Assembly (NCBI RefSeq): GCF_050457485.1
Contig: NZ_JBCMJM010000017.1
Span: 315,985-339,984 of the forward strand
Reading direction: 5' to 3'
DNA: 24,000 nucleotides
Source of the DNA: Gottfriedia acidiceleris
GTDB lineage: Bacteria > Bacillota > Bacilli > Bacillales > Bacillaceae_G
Of the stretch, positions 1 through 11,965 are shown one piece after another; within the stretch, counting starts at the first letter, position 1; each line of letters begins with the position of its first letter. The translations under genes were made by a program, and so were the position numbers. The notes beneath the pieces are model-generated. The model was not told the origin of the DNA. It worked only from the letters and a program-made list of their open reading frames with translations, and ran no database searches.

Positions 1-849
1 ATTATTGTTTTCAGACGTCGTCGGGTTAACAAAGGATATCGAACGATTTATTGGTGAAACTGACATTAATCTAGTACCGTCTGTGAATGTATCTCCTGAA
101 TCGGCACTTTCTTTTCGGACATTTGAAGGATCACTAAATATTGCATCTTTTAATTTATCAACATCTATATCCGTTGTAAGAAACTCCATCGTAGTTAATC
201 TGATTGGTTTTTTAGGTAAATAAATTATTTTACCTGAATCTAACTTATATCTTAAGCTTTCAGTAAAGCTTTCGTAATTGTCTCTAATCTTTTCAACAGA
301 AGCAATAATTGAAGAGTTATCAAAGGTTGCTCCATAGAGAATATTTTGTGCTTCATTTGAAAAATAAATCCTTGCTGAAGAATCCTGTTTAGTAGATAAA
401 TTGATGATGATTCGGTCAAATAAAACATTTTGTAATCGTTTTGCATCTATATTAAGAACTTTGCCTAATGTCTCTACTGGCACTACAGTTGGAAAAATAA
501 TTTCTAATTTATTTTTTCCTTTTGTAATTGATTGGTAGGCAACTTCAGACGTTTTATTTGTTAGGTTTTCAAAATTTGTGATTTCGGATTTCTGCAATGA
601 TCTATAAATTGGTGAAATATTACTCTGTTTAGTTGTTTCATAATTTTTATTTGATTCATGAACAACTAATAAATTCGGAATTACTATGTCCTTAAAGTCT
701 CTTTTTGCACCAATCGAAACTTTTTGGACATAGTCTTGATTTTGAAGTACATCGTATGTTGGTTGATATGACCATAAGCTATATGAAAGAACTAAGCTTA
801 CTATAACAAGAGTAGTTAATATAACTGATTTTATATGTTCTCTTCTCAT
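1..849 (-). CDS. walH: WalH/YycH, WalRK regulatory protein (N-terminal part; gene runs off the window edge; absent from the ORF track)
   Basis: Hand translation from ATG at 849 gives MRREHIKSVILTTLVIVSLVLSYSLWSYQPTYDVLQNQDYVQKV..., a YycH-like signal anchor with SYSLWSYQPTY. The ATG overlaps the walK TGA, matching the conserved walRKH order. Confidence 0.88.
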   Translation of the reverse strand, partial: MRREHIKSVILTTLVIVSLVLSYSLWSYQPTYDVLQNQDYVQKVSIGAKRDFKDIVIPNLLVVHESNKNYETTKQSNISPIYRSLQKSEITNFENLTNKTSEVAYQSITKGKNKLEIIFPTVVPVETLGKVLNIDAKRLQNVLFDRIIINLSTKQDSSARIYFSNEAQNILYGATFDNSSIIASVEKIRDNYESFTESLRYKLDSGKIIYLPKKPIRLTTMEFLTTDIDVDKLKDAIFSDPSNVRKESADSGDTFTDGTRLMSVSPINRSISFVNPTTSENNN

Positions 850-2681
850 TCCCACTCATCCTCTTGGTCATCAGCCACTGGAAGTGTGAAATAGACTGTT
901 GTACCCTTTCCTTCTTCACTTTTAGCCCATATATGACCATCGTGCGCGTAAATCATTTCTTTTGCCAAAGCAAGCCCTAGGCCAGTGCCTCCAACTTGTC
1001 TCGATCTAGCTTTATCTACTCGATAGAAACGATCAAATATCTTTGATAGATTTTCTTTTGGAATTCCCATACCTTCGTCAGTAATACTAACTAATATTTG
1101 ATCTCTAGATTCCTTAATACGATAAGTTACAGTCCCACCCTCTGGTGAATACTTTAGTGCATTTGAAATAATATTATCTAACACTTGTGTAATTTTATCT
1201 TCATCTATAAATACAAATCTTGTCTTACTTATAAACTCCCGTTTGAACGATACTTCTTGAGACTTACTCATTTCATGTCGATCAATTATACGATTAAATA
1301 ATTCTGTAAAGTTAACCCAATCTTTCATTAAACGATATTCTGTACTATCTAACTTAGATAATTGTAATAAGTCATTTACTAGTCGAATCATTCGTTCTGT
1401 TTCATCTTGAGTTACTTGTAAAAACTTAGGTGCAATTTCTTTATTCTCCCAAGCTCCATCTGACAATGCTTCTAAATAACTTCTCATCGTTGTTAATGGT
1501 GTTCTTAATTCATGTGACACATTGGAGACAAAATCTCTACGTTCTTGCTCTATTTTTTCTTGTTCAGTTACATCATAAAGTACAGCGATTAGACCATTAA
1601 CTTTACCGGATTCTTTTTGAATAGTTGAAAGACTAGCTCGTATAATCATTGGTCTCTTATTATTACTATAATCTAACATGATTGAATCTGGCTCATCGTA
1701 TAAATCATCTAAAGTATTAATCTTTTCGATTCCCAATACTTCTAAGATTGATTTATTTAATACTGTTTCACGTGAAACATTAAGCATCGTTTCAGCTGGA
1801 TCGTTTAAGAGAATAATTTTCCCTCTACGGTCAGTTGCAATAACCCCATCTGACATATGCTCTAGTACTGATTGAAGCTTTCTTCTTTCTCCATCCGTTG
1901 AAGCTCTGGCCTGCTGTAAATTACGTGATAGATTATTAAATGATATCGTTAATTCACCAATCTCATCTTCACTATAGGCCTTTAATTTGCGAGAGAAGTT
2001 TCCTTTCGCCATTTCTTGGGCCTGTCTTCTTATTTCAGAGATTGGCTTCGTAATTGCTTTAGCCAATAATATCCCTAAAATGGATGTAATCGCGACTGCT
2101 ATAAGTGTACCAGTTGAAAAAATACGGTTAATTAATTCCATTCTTTCATAAGTGCTTTCCATTGAAGCACTTGTGTAAATGGCTGAAACAATTTCGTCAC
2201 CTTCCATTACTGGGGTAACAATCGTTTTCATTCGATGACCATTTTTAGGATCAATTAACACTTTCTCAGTTCTTGTACCTACTAGAAGAGCTCTTTTTAC
2301 TAAAATATCAGTAGTCCTTTTACCAACAATAGACCGATTACTAGAATCTGAAGTAGCAATGACTTCACTATTTTGGTTAATAACTCTTACGTCTGATATT
2401 CCAATATTCTTTCCGAAGTCAGAAACTATTTTTTGGATATTAGCTTTTACTTCTGGGTCATCAAGAGTTTTCTTTTTTTCATACTCTATTTTTATATTAT
2501 AAGCCAGTAGCTTAGCACGTTCGTTTATCGCAACTGTAAAACTGTTTACGAGTTGCTTTTCAAGCTCTCTTGAAAAATAAACGCTAATAATTTGCATAGC
2601 TACTAAGATGAGCAAAATATAAACAAGTACAAATTTAAATACAATTGATTTAAATAAACCAACTTTATTATAAGCTGCCAT
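846..2681 (-). CDS. walK: Two-component sensor histidine kinase WalK (YycG), with two TM segments, HAMP, PAS, HisKA and HATPase domains
   Basis: 611 aa; H-box RRDFVSNVSHELRTPLTTMRSYLEAL, G-boxes GMGIPKENLSKIFDRFYRVDKARS and GGTGLGLALAKEM; adjacent to walR. Confidence 0.97.
   Translation of the reverse strand: MAAYNKVGLFKSIVFKFVLVYILLILVAMQIISVYFSRELEKQLVNSFTVAINERAKLLAYNIKIEYEKKKTLDDPEVKANIQKIVSDFGKNIGISDVRVINQNSEVIATSDSSNRSIVGKRTTDILVKRALLVGTRTEKVLIDPKNGHRMKTIVTPVMEGDEIVSAIYTSASMESTYERMELINRIFSTGTLIAVAITSILGILLAKAITKPISEIRRQAQEMAKGNFSRKLKAYSEDEIGELTISFNNLSRNLQQARASTDGERRKLQSVLEHMSDGVIATDRRGKIILLNDPAETMLNVSRETVLNKSILEVLGIEKINTLDDLYDEPDSIMLDYSNNKRPMIIRASLSTIQKESGKVNGLIAVLYDVTEQEKIEQERRDFVSNVSHELRTPLTTMRSYLEALSDGAWENKEIAPKFLQVTQDETERMIRLVNDLLQLSKLDSTEYRLMKDWVNFTELFNRIIDRHEMSKSQEVSFKREFISKTRFVFIDEDKITQVLDNIISNALKYSPEGGTVTYRIKESRDQILVSITDEGMGIPKENLSKIFDRFYRVDKARSRQVGGTGLGLALAKEMIYAHDGHIWAKSEEGKGTTVYFTLPVADDQEDEWE
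1764..1779. promoter_or_regulatory. parS site within walK
   Basis: TGTTTCACGTGAAACA, exact match to the Bacillus parS consensus TGTTNCACGTGAAACA. Confidence 0.96.
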
Positions 2682-3385
2682 TAATCTTGCTCCGGATCAC
2701 GCAGGTAATATCCTACTCCTCTTCTTGTTACAATGAAAAGTGGATAACTTGGATTGTCCTCAATTTTTTCACGAAGTCTTCGAATTGTTACATCGACAGT
2801 TCGCACATCTCCAAAGTAATCATAACCCCAAACAGTTTGAAGTAAATGTTCTCTCGTCATAACCTGTCCGATATGCTTCGCTAAGTAATATAGTAATTCA
2901 AATTCGCGGTGAGTTAATTCAATCTTCTCACCACGTTTAGTAACGATATAAGCGTTTGGATTGATAACAAGCGAGCCAATAATAACTTCAACTGACTCCT
3001 CTTTTTCAGATGGAGTTCCTGTTTGGTGTCTACGTAAATTTGCTTTTACTCTGGCAAGCAACTCACGTGTACTAAATGGTTTTGTTACGTAGTCATCTGC
3101 TCCCATTTCTAAACCTAGTACTTTATCTAATTCTGAGTCTTTGGCTGTAATCATAATGATCGGCATTTCATGGTTCTTTCTTATTTCTCTACAAACTTCT
3201 AAACCATCTCTAATTGGTAACATAATATCTAATAAAACTAGGTCAGGAAGAAACTCATCTACTTTTTGTAAAGCTTCCTCTCCATCATACGCGCAAACAA
3301 TTTCAAAACCTTCTTTTTCTAAATTAAACTTCAATATATCAGCAATTGGTTTTTCATCATCGACTATTAATATTTTTTTATTCAT
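2681..3385 (-). CDS. walR: Response regulator WalR (YycF), OmpR family
   Basis: [39 protein letters not shown]...; C-terminal winged helix [18 protein letters not shown]. The ORF track starts at 3394 (MRGMNKK), but MNKK at 3385 is the canonical start. Confidence 0.97.
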   Translation of the reverse strand: MNKKILIVDDEKPIADILKFNLEKEGFEIVCAYDGEEALQKVDEFLPDLVLLDIMLPIRDGLEVCREIRKNHEMPIIMITAKDSELDKVLGLEMGADDYVTKPFSTRELLARVKANLRRHQTGTPSEKEESVEVIIGSLVINPNAYIVTKRGEKIELTHREFELLYYLAKHIGQVMTREHLLQTVWGYDYFGDVRTVDVTIRRLREKIEDNPSYPLFIVTRRGVGYYLRDPEQD

Positions 3386-3570
3386 TCCCCGCACTCCTTT
3401 TCTAGTCAGTTTTTGCTACCGTCAATTCTATACATATCTTTTGCAATTTAATATTAAATTAGGCAACAAATAAACTTATCATAGTAATTTCGTTTTGTGG
3501 ACTATCTCTCTAAATATAATACGACTACGATCTTATGTGTTATTCTTTTTGTATATAAACACTAGATTTT

Positions 3571-3600
3571 TGAAAAAAACCTCTAGCTTGTTGCTAGAGG
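3571..3600 (-). terminator. Rho-independent terminator, minus-strand reading
   Basis: CCTCTAGC (3580-3587) / GCTAGAGG (3593-3600), 8 bp perfect stem and 5 nt loop, followed on the minus strand by a T-tract (complement of aaaaaaa at 3573-3579). Confidence 0.8.
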
Positions 3601-3690
3601 TCTACTCCACTTACTTCTATTTTAAATTAAGTAGGTTTTTTTGTAAAATCGAACTGTTTTATTCTATTTTCATAAGGTCGATATAAAATA

Positions 3691-3718
3691 AAAAACTACT
3701 GTATATACAGTAGTTTTT
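3691..3718 (-). terminator. Terminator hairpin immediately downstream of the tRNA cluster
   Basis: aaaaactactgta ... tacagtagttttt near-perfect inverted repeat with A/T flanks, 5 nt from the tRNA-Phe 3' end. Confidence 0.8.
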
Positions 3719-3722
3719 ATGA

Positions 3723-3795
<73 letters not shown>

Positions 3796-3801
3796 ATTAT
3801 A

Positions 3802-3877
3802 TGGCGGTCCCGACCGGGATCGAACCGGCGATCTCCTGCGTGACAGGCAGGCATGTTAACCGCTACACCACGGGACC
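3802..3877 (-). tRNA. tRNA-Asp(GTC)
   Basis: GGTCCCGTGGTGTAGCGGTTAACATGCCTGCCTGTCACGCAGG...GGTTCGATCCCGGTCGGGACCGCCA; anticodon GTC; CCA encoded. Confidence 0.95.
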
Positions 3878-3902
3878 AAGAAAATTTTATTTTAAAAAAG
3901 GA

Positions 3903-3974
3903 TGACCCGTACGGGACTCGAACCCGTGTTACCGCCGTGAAAGGGCGGTGTCTTAACCGCTTGACCAACGGGCC
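3903..3974 (-). tRNA. tRNA-Glu(TTC)
   Basis: GGCCCGTTGGTCAAGCGGTTAAGACACCGCCCTTTCACGGCGG...GGGTTCGAGTCCCGTACGGGTCA; anticodon TTC; CCA not encoded. Confidence 0.95.
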
Positions 3975-3991
3975 ACATTAATTTGAGAAAA

Positions 3992-4067
3992 TGGTGAGCC
4001 ATGAAGGATTCGAACCTTCGACCCTCTGATTAAAAGTCAGATGCTCTACCTACTGAGCTAATGGCTC
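3992..4067 (-). tRNA. tRNA-Lys(TTT)
   Basis: GAGCCATTAGCTCAGTAGGTAGAGCATCTGACTTTTAATCAGA...GGTTCGAATCCTTCATGGCTCACCA; anticodon TTT; CCA encoded. Confidence 0.95.
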
Positions 4068-4128
4068 ACAATTTAGAATATATTACTTAAACTTCATAAA
4101 CTATGTACTAGTTATGACGACAAGGTTT

Positions 4129-4158
4129 ATCTTATCATACTTTCTAATAAATTTGCAA
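4129..4158 (-). promoter_or_regulatory. Putative sigma-A promoter for the tRNA cluster
   Basis: Minus strand TTGCAA (4158-4153), 18 nt spacer, TAAGAT (4134-4129), about 60 nt upstream of tRNA-Lys. Confidence 0.5.
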
Positions 4159-4179
4159 TAGTTTTTTTAAAAAAATAAT

Positions 4180-4214
4180 AAAAGCCCCTAAATTTTTATT
4201 TAAGGGCTTTTTAT
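4180..4214 (-). terminator. Terminator downstream of purA (possibly bidirectional)
   Basis: aaaagcccctaaa-ttttta-tttaagggctttt inverted repeat with A/T tracts on both sides, directly after the purA stop. Confidence 0.82.
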
Positions 4215-4218
4215 TATA

Positions 4219-5587
<1,369 letters not shown>

Positions 5588-5671
5588 TAAATCTCTTTGA
5601 ATAATTCTGTTCTAAGTTTTTTTTGTTCGTAAATACAAACTAAAGAATTTGATAAAAATAGTTTGCCCTAA

Positions 5672-5714
5672 CAAAAAAAAATAATCACATAGATTCACTA
5701 TGTGATTATTTTTA
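5672..5714 (-). terminator. Terminator downstream of the replicative helicase gene
   Basis: aataatcacatag (5680-5692) / ctatgtgattatt (5698-5710), 13 bp perfect stem, followed on the minus strand by a T-tract (complement of a-run 5673-5681). Confidence 0.85.
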
Positions 5715-5781
5715 GCTGACATCCAAGTAGTAGATATCAGACAATTGAACATATTTGCGACTGTCTGATTCCAAACTATTT

Positions 5782-7140
5782 TTAGGCACCTGGTGCTTGC
5801 TCATCAAACCTTCGTTCTAAGTTTACGAACTTGTTATATTCTTTTACGAATGCTAACGAAACAGTACCTACTGGACCATTCCTTTGTTTAGCAATAATGA
5901 TTTCAATAATATTTTTATTCTCCGATTCTTTATCATAGTAATCGTCTCGGTATAAGAACGCAACAATATCCGCATCTTGCTCAATACTTCCTGATTCACG
6001 GATATCGGACATCATTGGACGTTTATCCTGTCTTGACTCAACGCTACGTGATAGCTGAGATAAGGCTATTAGAGGTACTTTTAATTCCCTCGCCAGACCT
6101 TTAAGAGAACGTGAAATTTCAGATACTTCTTGTTGACGATTTTCTCCACTTTTGCCGTTACCTTGAATAAGCTGCAGATAATCAATTAGGATCATTCCTA
6201 AGCCATGCTCTTGCTTTAGTCTTCTACACTTAGCACGTATGTCGTTTACTCTAATACCTGGTGTATCATCGATATAAATGCCTGTACCAGCTAAGCTACT
6301 AGCAGCCATCGTAAGCTTATTCCAATCCTCTTGTTCAAGATTACCTGTACGCAATGCCTGTGCGTTAATATTTCCTTCCGCACATAGCATACGCATAACA
6401 AGCTGATCTGATCCCATCTCAAGACTGAAAATTGCTACGTTTTCATCTGTTTTAGTAGCTACGTTTTGTGCGATATTCAATGCAAAAGCCGTTTTACCTA
6501 CTGAAGGACGGGCGGCTACTATAATTAAGTCATTCGGCTGAAATCCCGCTGTCATTCGATCTAAATCGGTAAACCCTGTCGGTACACCCGTGATTTCGCC
6601 GCGTTGATTAAATAAGGTCTCAATTTTACTAAATGTAGTAAATACTACATCTTTAATACTTTGAAAACCAGAAACGTTTGTGCGCTGAGCTACTTTTAAA
6701 ATACTTTTTTCAGCCTCGTTTAGTACAACATCTACTGGAGTATCTGGCGCATAGCTTTCCGTTACAATATTTGTAGCGGTTCTTATTAATCTTCTTAAAG
6801 TAGATTTTTCTTCAACGCTCTTTGCATAGTATTCAACGTTAGATGCCGTTGGTACTGAAGCCAGCAAATCATTTAAGTATGATACTCCTCCTACTTCTTC
6901 TAACACTCCTTGATTAGCTAGTTCAGAAGTTAGCGTGATAACATCTAGAGGCTCATTCCTTGAAGCAATCTTAAGCATTGCTTCAAATATTTTTTGATGG
7001 GCAGCTCGATAAAAGTCATCTGGTAAAAGCCGTTCTGAAGTTGATATTAGCGCCTCTGAGTCTAACAGTATAGCTCCTAATACAGCCTGTTCAGCTTCTA
7101 TATTCTGTGGTGGAGTACGATCATTTAGCAAATCACTCAT
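5782..7140 (-). CDS. dnaB: Replicative DNA helicase DnaB (DnaC in B. subtilis nomenclature)
   Basis: 452 aa; PPQNIEAEQAVLGAILLDSEAL, Walker A AARPSVGKTAFALN, ARELKVPLIALSQLSRSVE, IAKQRNGPVGTVSLAF. Confidence 0.98.
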   Translation of the reverse strand: MSDLLNDRTPPQNIEAEQAVLGAILLDSEALISTSERLLPDDFYRAAHQKIFEAMLKIASRNEPLDVITLTSELANQGVLEEVGGVSYLNDLLASVPTASNVEYYAKSVEEKSTLRRLIRTATNIVTESYAPDTPVDVVLNEAEKSILKVAQRTNVSGFQSIKDVVFTTFSKIETLFNQRGEITGVPTGFTDLDRMTAGFQPNDLIIVAARPSVGKTAFALNIAQNVATKTDENVAIFSLEMGSDQLVMRMLCAEGNINAQALRTGNLEQEDWNKLTMAASSLAGTGIYIDDTPGIRVNDIRAKCRRLKQEHGLGMILIDYLQLIQGNGKSGENRQQEVSEISRSLKGLARELKVPLIALSQLSRSVESRQDKRPMMSDIRESGSIEQDADIVAFLYRDDYYDKESENKNIIEIIIAKQRNGPVGTVSLAFVKEYNKFVNLERRFDEQAPGA

Positions 7141-7167
7141 TTCTAGTCCTCCAGATGCTTGTTTTTC

Positions 7168-7611
7168 TTATTGTTCTTTAACGTGTACTTTTAAAGTTGC
7201 ACTTACTTCAGAATGCAATTTAACTTTAATATTTGTTACACCTAGTCCTCTAATCGCATCATTCATTTCGAATTTACGCTTATCTAGTTTAATACCATGT
7301 ACTTTTTGAAGCTCATCAGCAATTTGCTTGCTTGTGATTGATCCGAAAAGACGACCGCCCTCACCCGATTTAGCTTTTAATTCTACTGTTAGAGTTTCAA
7401 TTGTTTCTTTTAGCTTTTTACAATTTTCTAATTCGATTTGTGCATCTTTTAATTCTTTATTTTTTTTCGCTTCAAGAGTTTTCATATTACCTGCAGTAGC
7501 TTCAATAGCATCTCCGTTTTTGATTAAGAAGCTTGCATAGCCATCTGCGATATTTTTAGTTTCTCCTTTTTTACCTTTTCCTTTTACATCTTTTAAGAAA
7601 ATTACTTTCAT
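7168..7611 (-). CDS. rplI: 50S ribosomal protein L9
   Basis: 147 aa; [56 protein letters not shown]. Confidence 0.97.
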   Translation of the reverse strand: MKVIFLKDVKGKGKKGETKNIADGYASFLIKNGDAIEATAGNMKTLEAKKNKELKDAQIELENCKKLKETIETLTVELKAKSGEGGRLFGSITSKQIADELQKVHGIKLDKRKFEMNDAIRGLGVTNIKVKLHSEVSATLKVHVKEQ

Positions 7612-9584
7612 TTGTTTGTTCTCCCTTCAATATATTCATCGATTATTCTCAATAAATGTTGTTCAACTTCTCTGATTGAAGAAGATTCAATTTGCGCAGC
7701 AGCATTTGTTAAGTGACCACCACCACCAAGCTCTTCCATTATTAATTGAACATTTATATTCCCTAATGAACGACTGCTGATGCTAACAACATTATCTGAC
7801 CTTTTTGCAATAATAAAAGATGCAATGACATCAGTCATCGTTAATAATGTATCTGCAGCCTTTGCAATTAAAACTTGATCATAGTTTACATTGTCTTTTC
7901 CAAAGCTAATCGCAAATCCCTCTTTGTACATATAGGCTTCCTCTATCAATTCTGCTTTGCGAATATATTCATTCATATCTTGTTTTAGTAAATTTTGAAC
8001 GAGGATCGTATCTGCGCCATTCGAACGCAAGTATGACGCTGCGTCAAAAGTTCGTGCCCCTGTTCGGAAAGTAAAACTCTTTGTATCAACAATAATACCT
8101 GCAAGTAAGGCTGTTGCCTCAAGCATGCTTAATTTTATTTTCTTAGGCTGGTACTCCAATAACTCAGTTACTAATTCTGCAGTAGAGGAAGCGTACGGCT
8201 CCATATAAACTAGAATTGCATCCTTAATGAAGTCCTCTCCTCTTCGATGATGGTCTATAACAACAATTTTATCTGTCTCATTTAAAAGTGATTCTTCTTC
8301 AACCATTGTTGGTCTATGAGTATCTACTACGATTATTAATGTATCTTCAGAAATAAGTTCTTTTGCTTTTTCGGGTGTAATAAAACAAGACATAAATTGT
8401 TCATTTTTAGACATTTCCCTCATCAAACGATTAACACTTTTATCTACTTCATCTTTATTAATTACTACATAACCATCCACTTCATTATGCATTACCATTT
8501 TTAAGATACCAACCGCTGAACCAAGAGCATCCATGTCAGGTAACTTATGTCCCATTATCATAACATTGGTGCTACTTTTCATTAAATCTCTTAATGCATG
8601 CGAGATTACCCTCGCTCTAACCCTCGTCCTCTTTTCTACAGGGTTTGTTTTTCCACCAAAAAACTTTACTTTACCGTTAATGTTTTTAACAGTTACTTGA
8701 TCTCCCCCGCGACCTAGTGCTAAATCTAAACCAGATTGAGCTAGTTGGCCAAGTTCGGTTAAATTCAAACTACCTACTCCTACACCGACGCTTAGAGTAA
8801 GAGGTAAATTACGCTTTGTAGTTTCTTCCCTTACTTGGTCTAATATAGAGAATTTATTATTTTCTAATGCTGCCAGTATTCCTTCATTTAAAACTACACT
8901 ATATCGATCGGATGAAACACGTTTCAAGAACATACCATGGCTATTAGCCCAACTATTTAACATTGTTGTTACTGCACCATTTACACTAGAACGCTCTTGA
9001 TCATCTAGGCCCTGTGTCATTTCATCGTAATTATCTAATAAAATAATTCCGATTACTGTTCTTTGGTCTTCGTATAACTTCTCTAGTTGTGCTTGTTCTG
9101 TCACATCAAATAAGTAAATGTATCGCTCTTCTCTTTTAATAACTACTCGATATGTTCTTTTACTTATATTCAATACATCTTCTTTTTTCTCTTTTTTCGA
9201 AATTAAAGCCATTAATCCTTCAGATAGATCATATATGTGTTTACCAATTAATGAACGATCGTCTAAAATATTTAAAATATATTGATTGCCCCATTCAATA
9301 TGGTACTCTCTATCATAAAGTAATACTCCAATTGGCATTTCTGTAATTGCTTCATTACTTAAATTCTTTACTCTCGACATAACTGATTCTATATACATGT
9401 CTAAAACGTAGCGGTACTTAATTTCTAACTTTACAACTAGAAAAATAACGCATAAAAAGATAACGATAAAAATTATCCCTATTTTAGGTTGAATATAGAC
9501 CACAGTTCCGATCAGAAACACTGAAAGAGCAGTTAAAAGATAGACGGGTATAAGAAACATCTGTTTCTTATGAAAATCTTGCAT
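7608..9584 (-). CDS. gdpP: Cyclic-di-AMP phosphodiesterase GdpP (YybT): TM, PAS, degenerate GGDEF, DHH/DHHA1
   Basis: 658 aa; [51 protein letters not shown]. It has a 4-nt overlap with rplI. Confidence 0.95.
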   Translation of the reverse strand: MQDFHKKQMFLIPVYLLTALSVFLIGTVVYIQPKIGIIFIVIFLCVIFLVVKLEIKYRYVLDMYIESVMSRVKNLSNEAITEMPIGVLLYDREYHIEWGNQYILNILDDRSLIGKHIYDLSEGLMALISKKEKKEDVLNISKRTYRVVIKREERYIYLFDVTEQAQLEKLYEDQRTVIGIILLDNYDEMTQGLDDQERSSVNGAVTTMLNSWANSHGMFLKRVSSDRYSVVLNEGILAALENNKFSILDQVREETTKRNLPLTLSVGVGVGSLNLTELGQLAQSGLDLALGRGGDQVTVKNINGKVKFFGGKTNPVEKRTRVRARVISHALRDLMKSSTNVMIMGHKLPDMDALGSAVGILKMVMHNEVDGYVVINKDEVDKSVNRLMREMSKNEQFMSCFITPEKAKELISEDTLIIVVDTHRPTMVEEESLLNETDKIVVIDHHRRGEDFIKDAILVYMEPYASSTAELVTELLEYQPKKIKLSMLEATALLAGIIVDTKSFTFRTGARTFDAASYLRSNGADTILVQNLLKQDMNEYIRKAELIEEAYMYKEGFAISFGKDNVNYDQVLIAKAADTLLTMTDVIASFIIAKRSDNVVSISSRSLGNINVQLIMEELGGGGHLTNAAAQIESSSIREVEQHLLRIIDEYIEGRTNK

Positions 9585-9676
9585 ATGTTCAACCCCTAAG
9601 CCAAATAAAATCTAACTTACATATTAAAGTTTATTCACTTTTTCACAACTAATTAGTAACAAATATGTTTTTAAGT

Positions 9677-10603
9677 TTAAATTTTTCTTCTATTAAATAT
9701 TCCAATTGAGACAATTCCAATTAGTAAAACAATATAAATTAATGGTTGAATGATAAAACTTGCAATCAATATAATAATTGGTACCGCTTTAGAAAAATGT
9801 TTTAAATAACTAAAATAAAATATCGATGCGTAACCTTGAACGAGCAGTAAAATTTGAAGTACATATGTTAAGTTAATCACTGCTGTACTGAGGAAACTAC
9901 TTTGTTTCAAATTGAAGAATGAAAAAATCATTACAATTAAAAAGAACCACATGAATCCCACTGGGAGTCTAAACTCTCTAAATGGCTTAAATTTCGGAGT
10001 TTTATAACCTAATCTCCTTATTAATGGAAAAGTTACTAGTTGTGTTAAAAAAGCAAGTATAAAACTGACCATTAACAATAATGAAGGAATTAATGTAGGG
10101 ATTAATTTAATAGCATTTGTAAGACTATCTAATGCCTTTTCATTGGCGTTTGTACCAAGACTGGCACTTAGTTCCTTGCTTTTTTCTATAGCTTCCGTTG
10201 CCAAGTCTATATTCTCTTTAACGAAATCAATATGAAAAACAGCTTTGAATAGTATGTACGATAGTACTGTATGTATTAAATATAAGAAAGTACTAGTAAG
10301 TAATATCTCTCCTTTACTTCGCTCATTTTTCAATAGATAGCCAAACGCTATACCAACTGTTGAGTACATTAAAGTAACTGGAAGTAAATTAAATGAGGTA
10401 ATCACAATCGTTAACCCCAGTGCCACACAGCAAAGTAAAAGTGATTCCTTAATTGAGTATTTAATACTTAGAATAATAAACGGCAGCGGCATAAGGAATG
10501 CCATAAATATTGAGAGAAACGGTACAAATCTAAATATTAACAGTAGTACTGAGTAAATAGCTAATAGTACTGCACCCTCGGTAATAAATCGAGTCGATTT
10601 CAA
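9677..10603 (-). CDS. yybS: YybS family (DUF2232) multipass membrane protein
   Basis: 308 aa hydrophobic protein, MKSTRFITEGAVLLAIYSVLLLIFRFVPFLS; conserved position between rpsR and gdpP. Confidence 0.85.
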   Translation of the reverse strand: MKSTRFITEGAVLLAIYSVLLLIFRFVPFLSIFMAFLMPLPFIILSIKYSIKESLLLCCVALGLTIVITSFNLLPVTLMYSTVGIAFGYLLKNERSKGEILLTSTFLYLIHTVLSYILFKAVFHIDFVKENIDLATEAIEKSKELSASLGTNANEKALDSLTNAIKLIPTLIPSLLLMVSFILAFLTQLVTFPLIRRLGYKTPKFKPFREFRLPVGFMWFFLIVMIFSFFNLKQSSFLSTAVINLTYVLQILLLVQGYASIFYFSYLKHFSKAVPIIILIASFIIQPLIYIVLLIGIVSIGIFNRRKI

Positions 10604-10693
10604 AATAAAGCTCCTTTCAACTACCTCTACTTATTTCACGATAAGCATACTATTTCTTATTTTACCATAAAACTTATTTTTTCATAAATACAA

Positions 10694-10725
10694 AAAAAGT
10701 ACAGCACTAGAATGCTGTACTTTTT
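10694..10725 (-). terminator. Terminator downstream of rpsR
   Basis: aaaaagtacagca-ctagaa-tgctgtacttttt, 13 bp perfect stem with flanking A/T tracts. Confidence 0.88.
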
Positions 10726-10735
10726 ATTACTTAGC

Positions 10736-10975
10736 TTATTCAGCTACGTATGGTAATAAAGCCATTTGACGAGAGCGTTTGATTGCAATCGTTAATTTAC
10801 GTTGGTATTTCGCAGAAGTACCAGTTACACGACGAGGTAAAATTTTACCACGTTCAGAAACGAAACGTTTTAATAACTCAGTATCTTTGAAGTCAATTGT
10901 AGTGATGCCATTTGAAGTAAAGTAACAAACTTTACGACGTTTAGCGCGTCCACCTTTGCGTCCACCCATTGCCAT
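10736..10975 (-). CDS. rpsR: 30S ribosomal protein S18
   Basis: 79 aa; [66 protein letters not shown]. Confidence 0.98.
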   Translation of the reverse strand: MAMGGRKGGRAKRRKVCYFTSNGITTIDFKDTELLKRFVSERGKILPRRVTGTSAKYQRKLTIAIKRSRQMALLPYVAE

Positions 10976-11049
10976 TGTTATTTCCCTCCTCTACTTAAAA
11001 ATTAGTTTTTTAGTAATGCTAACCGTTCAACATTACACTGTTTTTATTA

Positions 11050-11535
11050 TTAGAAAGGAAGATCGTCATCAGTAATATCAATCGTTTTGCTTGTCCCACC
11101 GAATGGATCATCATTAAAGCTAGGCTTCTGAGATGGTGCTTCGAAAGGATTTCCAGCGTTAAAACCTTGATTTTGTTGGTTCATACCGAATGAACCACCT
11201 TGGTTACCTGATGCATTTCTTGGTTCTAAGAATTGAACAGAGTCGGCTACAACTTCAGTTACATATACTCTCTTACCATCTTGACCATCAAAACTTCTAG
11301 TTTGAATACGTCCCTCAACGCCAGCTAAGCTTCCTTTTTTCAAGAAGTTTGCTACGTTTTCAGCAGGCTTTCTCCAGATAACGCAGTTAATAAAATCTGC
11401 ATCTCTTTCACCTTGCTGATTTGAGTAGGTACGATTCACCGCTAGAGTAAATGTTGCAACGGCAACCCCACTTGGCGTATAACGTAAGTCCGGATCCTTT
11501 GTTAAGCGACCTACAAGTACAACACGATTGATCAT
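11050..11535 (-). CDS. ssb: Single-stranded DNA-binding protein
   Basis: 161 aa; [36 protein letters not shown]-terminal acidic tip DITDDDLPF. Confidence 0.98.
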   Translation of the reverse strand: MINRVVLVGRLTKDPDLRYTPSGVAVATFTLAVNRTYSNQQGERDADFINCVIWRKPAENVANFLKKGSLAGVEGRIQTRSFDGQDGKRVYVTEVVADSVQFLEPRNASGNQGGSFGMNQQNQGFNAGNPFEAPSQKPSFNDDPFGGTSKTIDITDDDLPF

Positions 11536-11569
11536 CTGATTCCTACCTCCCTAAAGCATTTAAAAAAAA

Positions 11570-11860
11570 TTATTTTTCTTCTTCACGGATAACGATGTGG
11601 CGGATGATATCTTCGCTGATTTTCGCTAAACGATCGAATTCTTGTACAGCTTCTGGCTTAGCAGAAACATTTACAAGCATGTAGTGTCCATCACGGAAAT
11701 CGTTAATTTCATAAGCTAAACGACGTTTACCCCACTCTTTAACGTTTGTGATTTCAGCACCTTGTTCAGTTAAAACGCCGTTGAAACGCTCAACTAATGC
11801 TTTTTGTGCTTCGTCTTCCATGTTTGGACGAACGATGTACATGATTTCGTATTTATTCAT
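11570..11860 (-). CDS. rpsF: 30S ribosomal protein S6
   Basis: [30 protein letters not shown]..., preceded by AGGAGGTGA. The ORF-track start at 11911 reads through the 5' UTR and is rejected. Confidence 0.97.
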   Translation of the reverse strand: MNKYEIMYIVRPNMEDEAQKALVERFNGVLTEQGAEITNVKEWGKRRLAYEINDFRDGHYMLVNVSAKPEAVQEFDRLAKISEDIIRHIVIREEEK

Positions 11861-11885
11861 CACAATGTCACCTCCTTTTGGTCTA

Positions 11886-11902
11886 ACGGCCCAATTAAGG
11901 GC
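11886..11902 (-). promoter_or_regulatory. Candidate S6:S18 autoregulatory leader motif
   Basis: Minus-strand leader TTGCCCTTAATTGGGCCGTTAGACC: a GCCC/GGGC stem (11902-11899 / 11892-11889) with an adjacent CCG, about 30 nt upstream of rpsF. It resembles the known CCG-containing S6:S18 binding motif. Confidence 0.5.
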
Positions 11903-11936
11903 AAGGAGCAATTTAATTAATCACTCACGAGTTAAA

Positions 11937-11965
11937 ATTATAGCATAGTTTTTTAAAGATAGCAA
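11937..11965 (-). promoter_or_regulatory. Sigma-A type promoter for rpsF-ssb-rpsR
   Basis: Minus strand TTGCTA (11965-11960), 17 nt spacer, TATAAT (11942-11937). Confidence 0.8.

Noticed and set aside
252-446. 64-aa minus-strand ORF near the window start
   Set aside because: It is out of frame inside the walH coding region.
3495-3686. 63-aa plus-strand ORF between walR and the tRNA cluster
   Set aside because: It runs across a minus-strand terminator, is compositionally AT-driven (F/Y/L/I rich) and has no recognisable family features.
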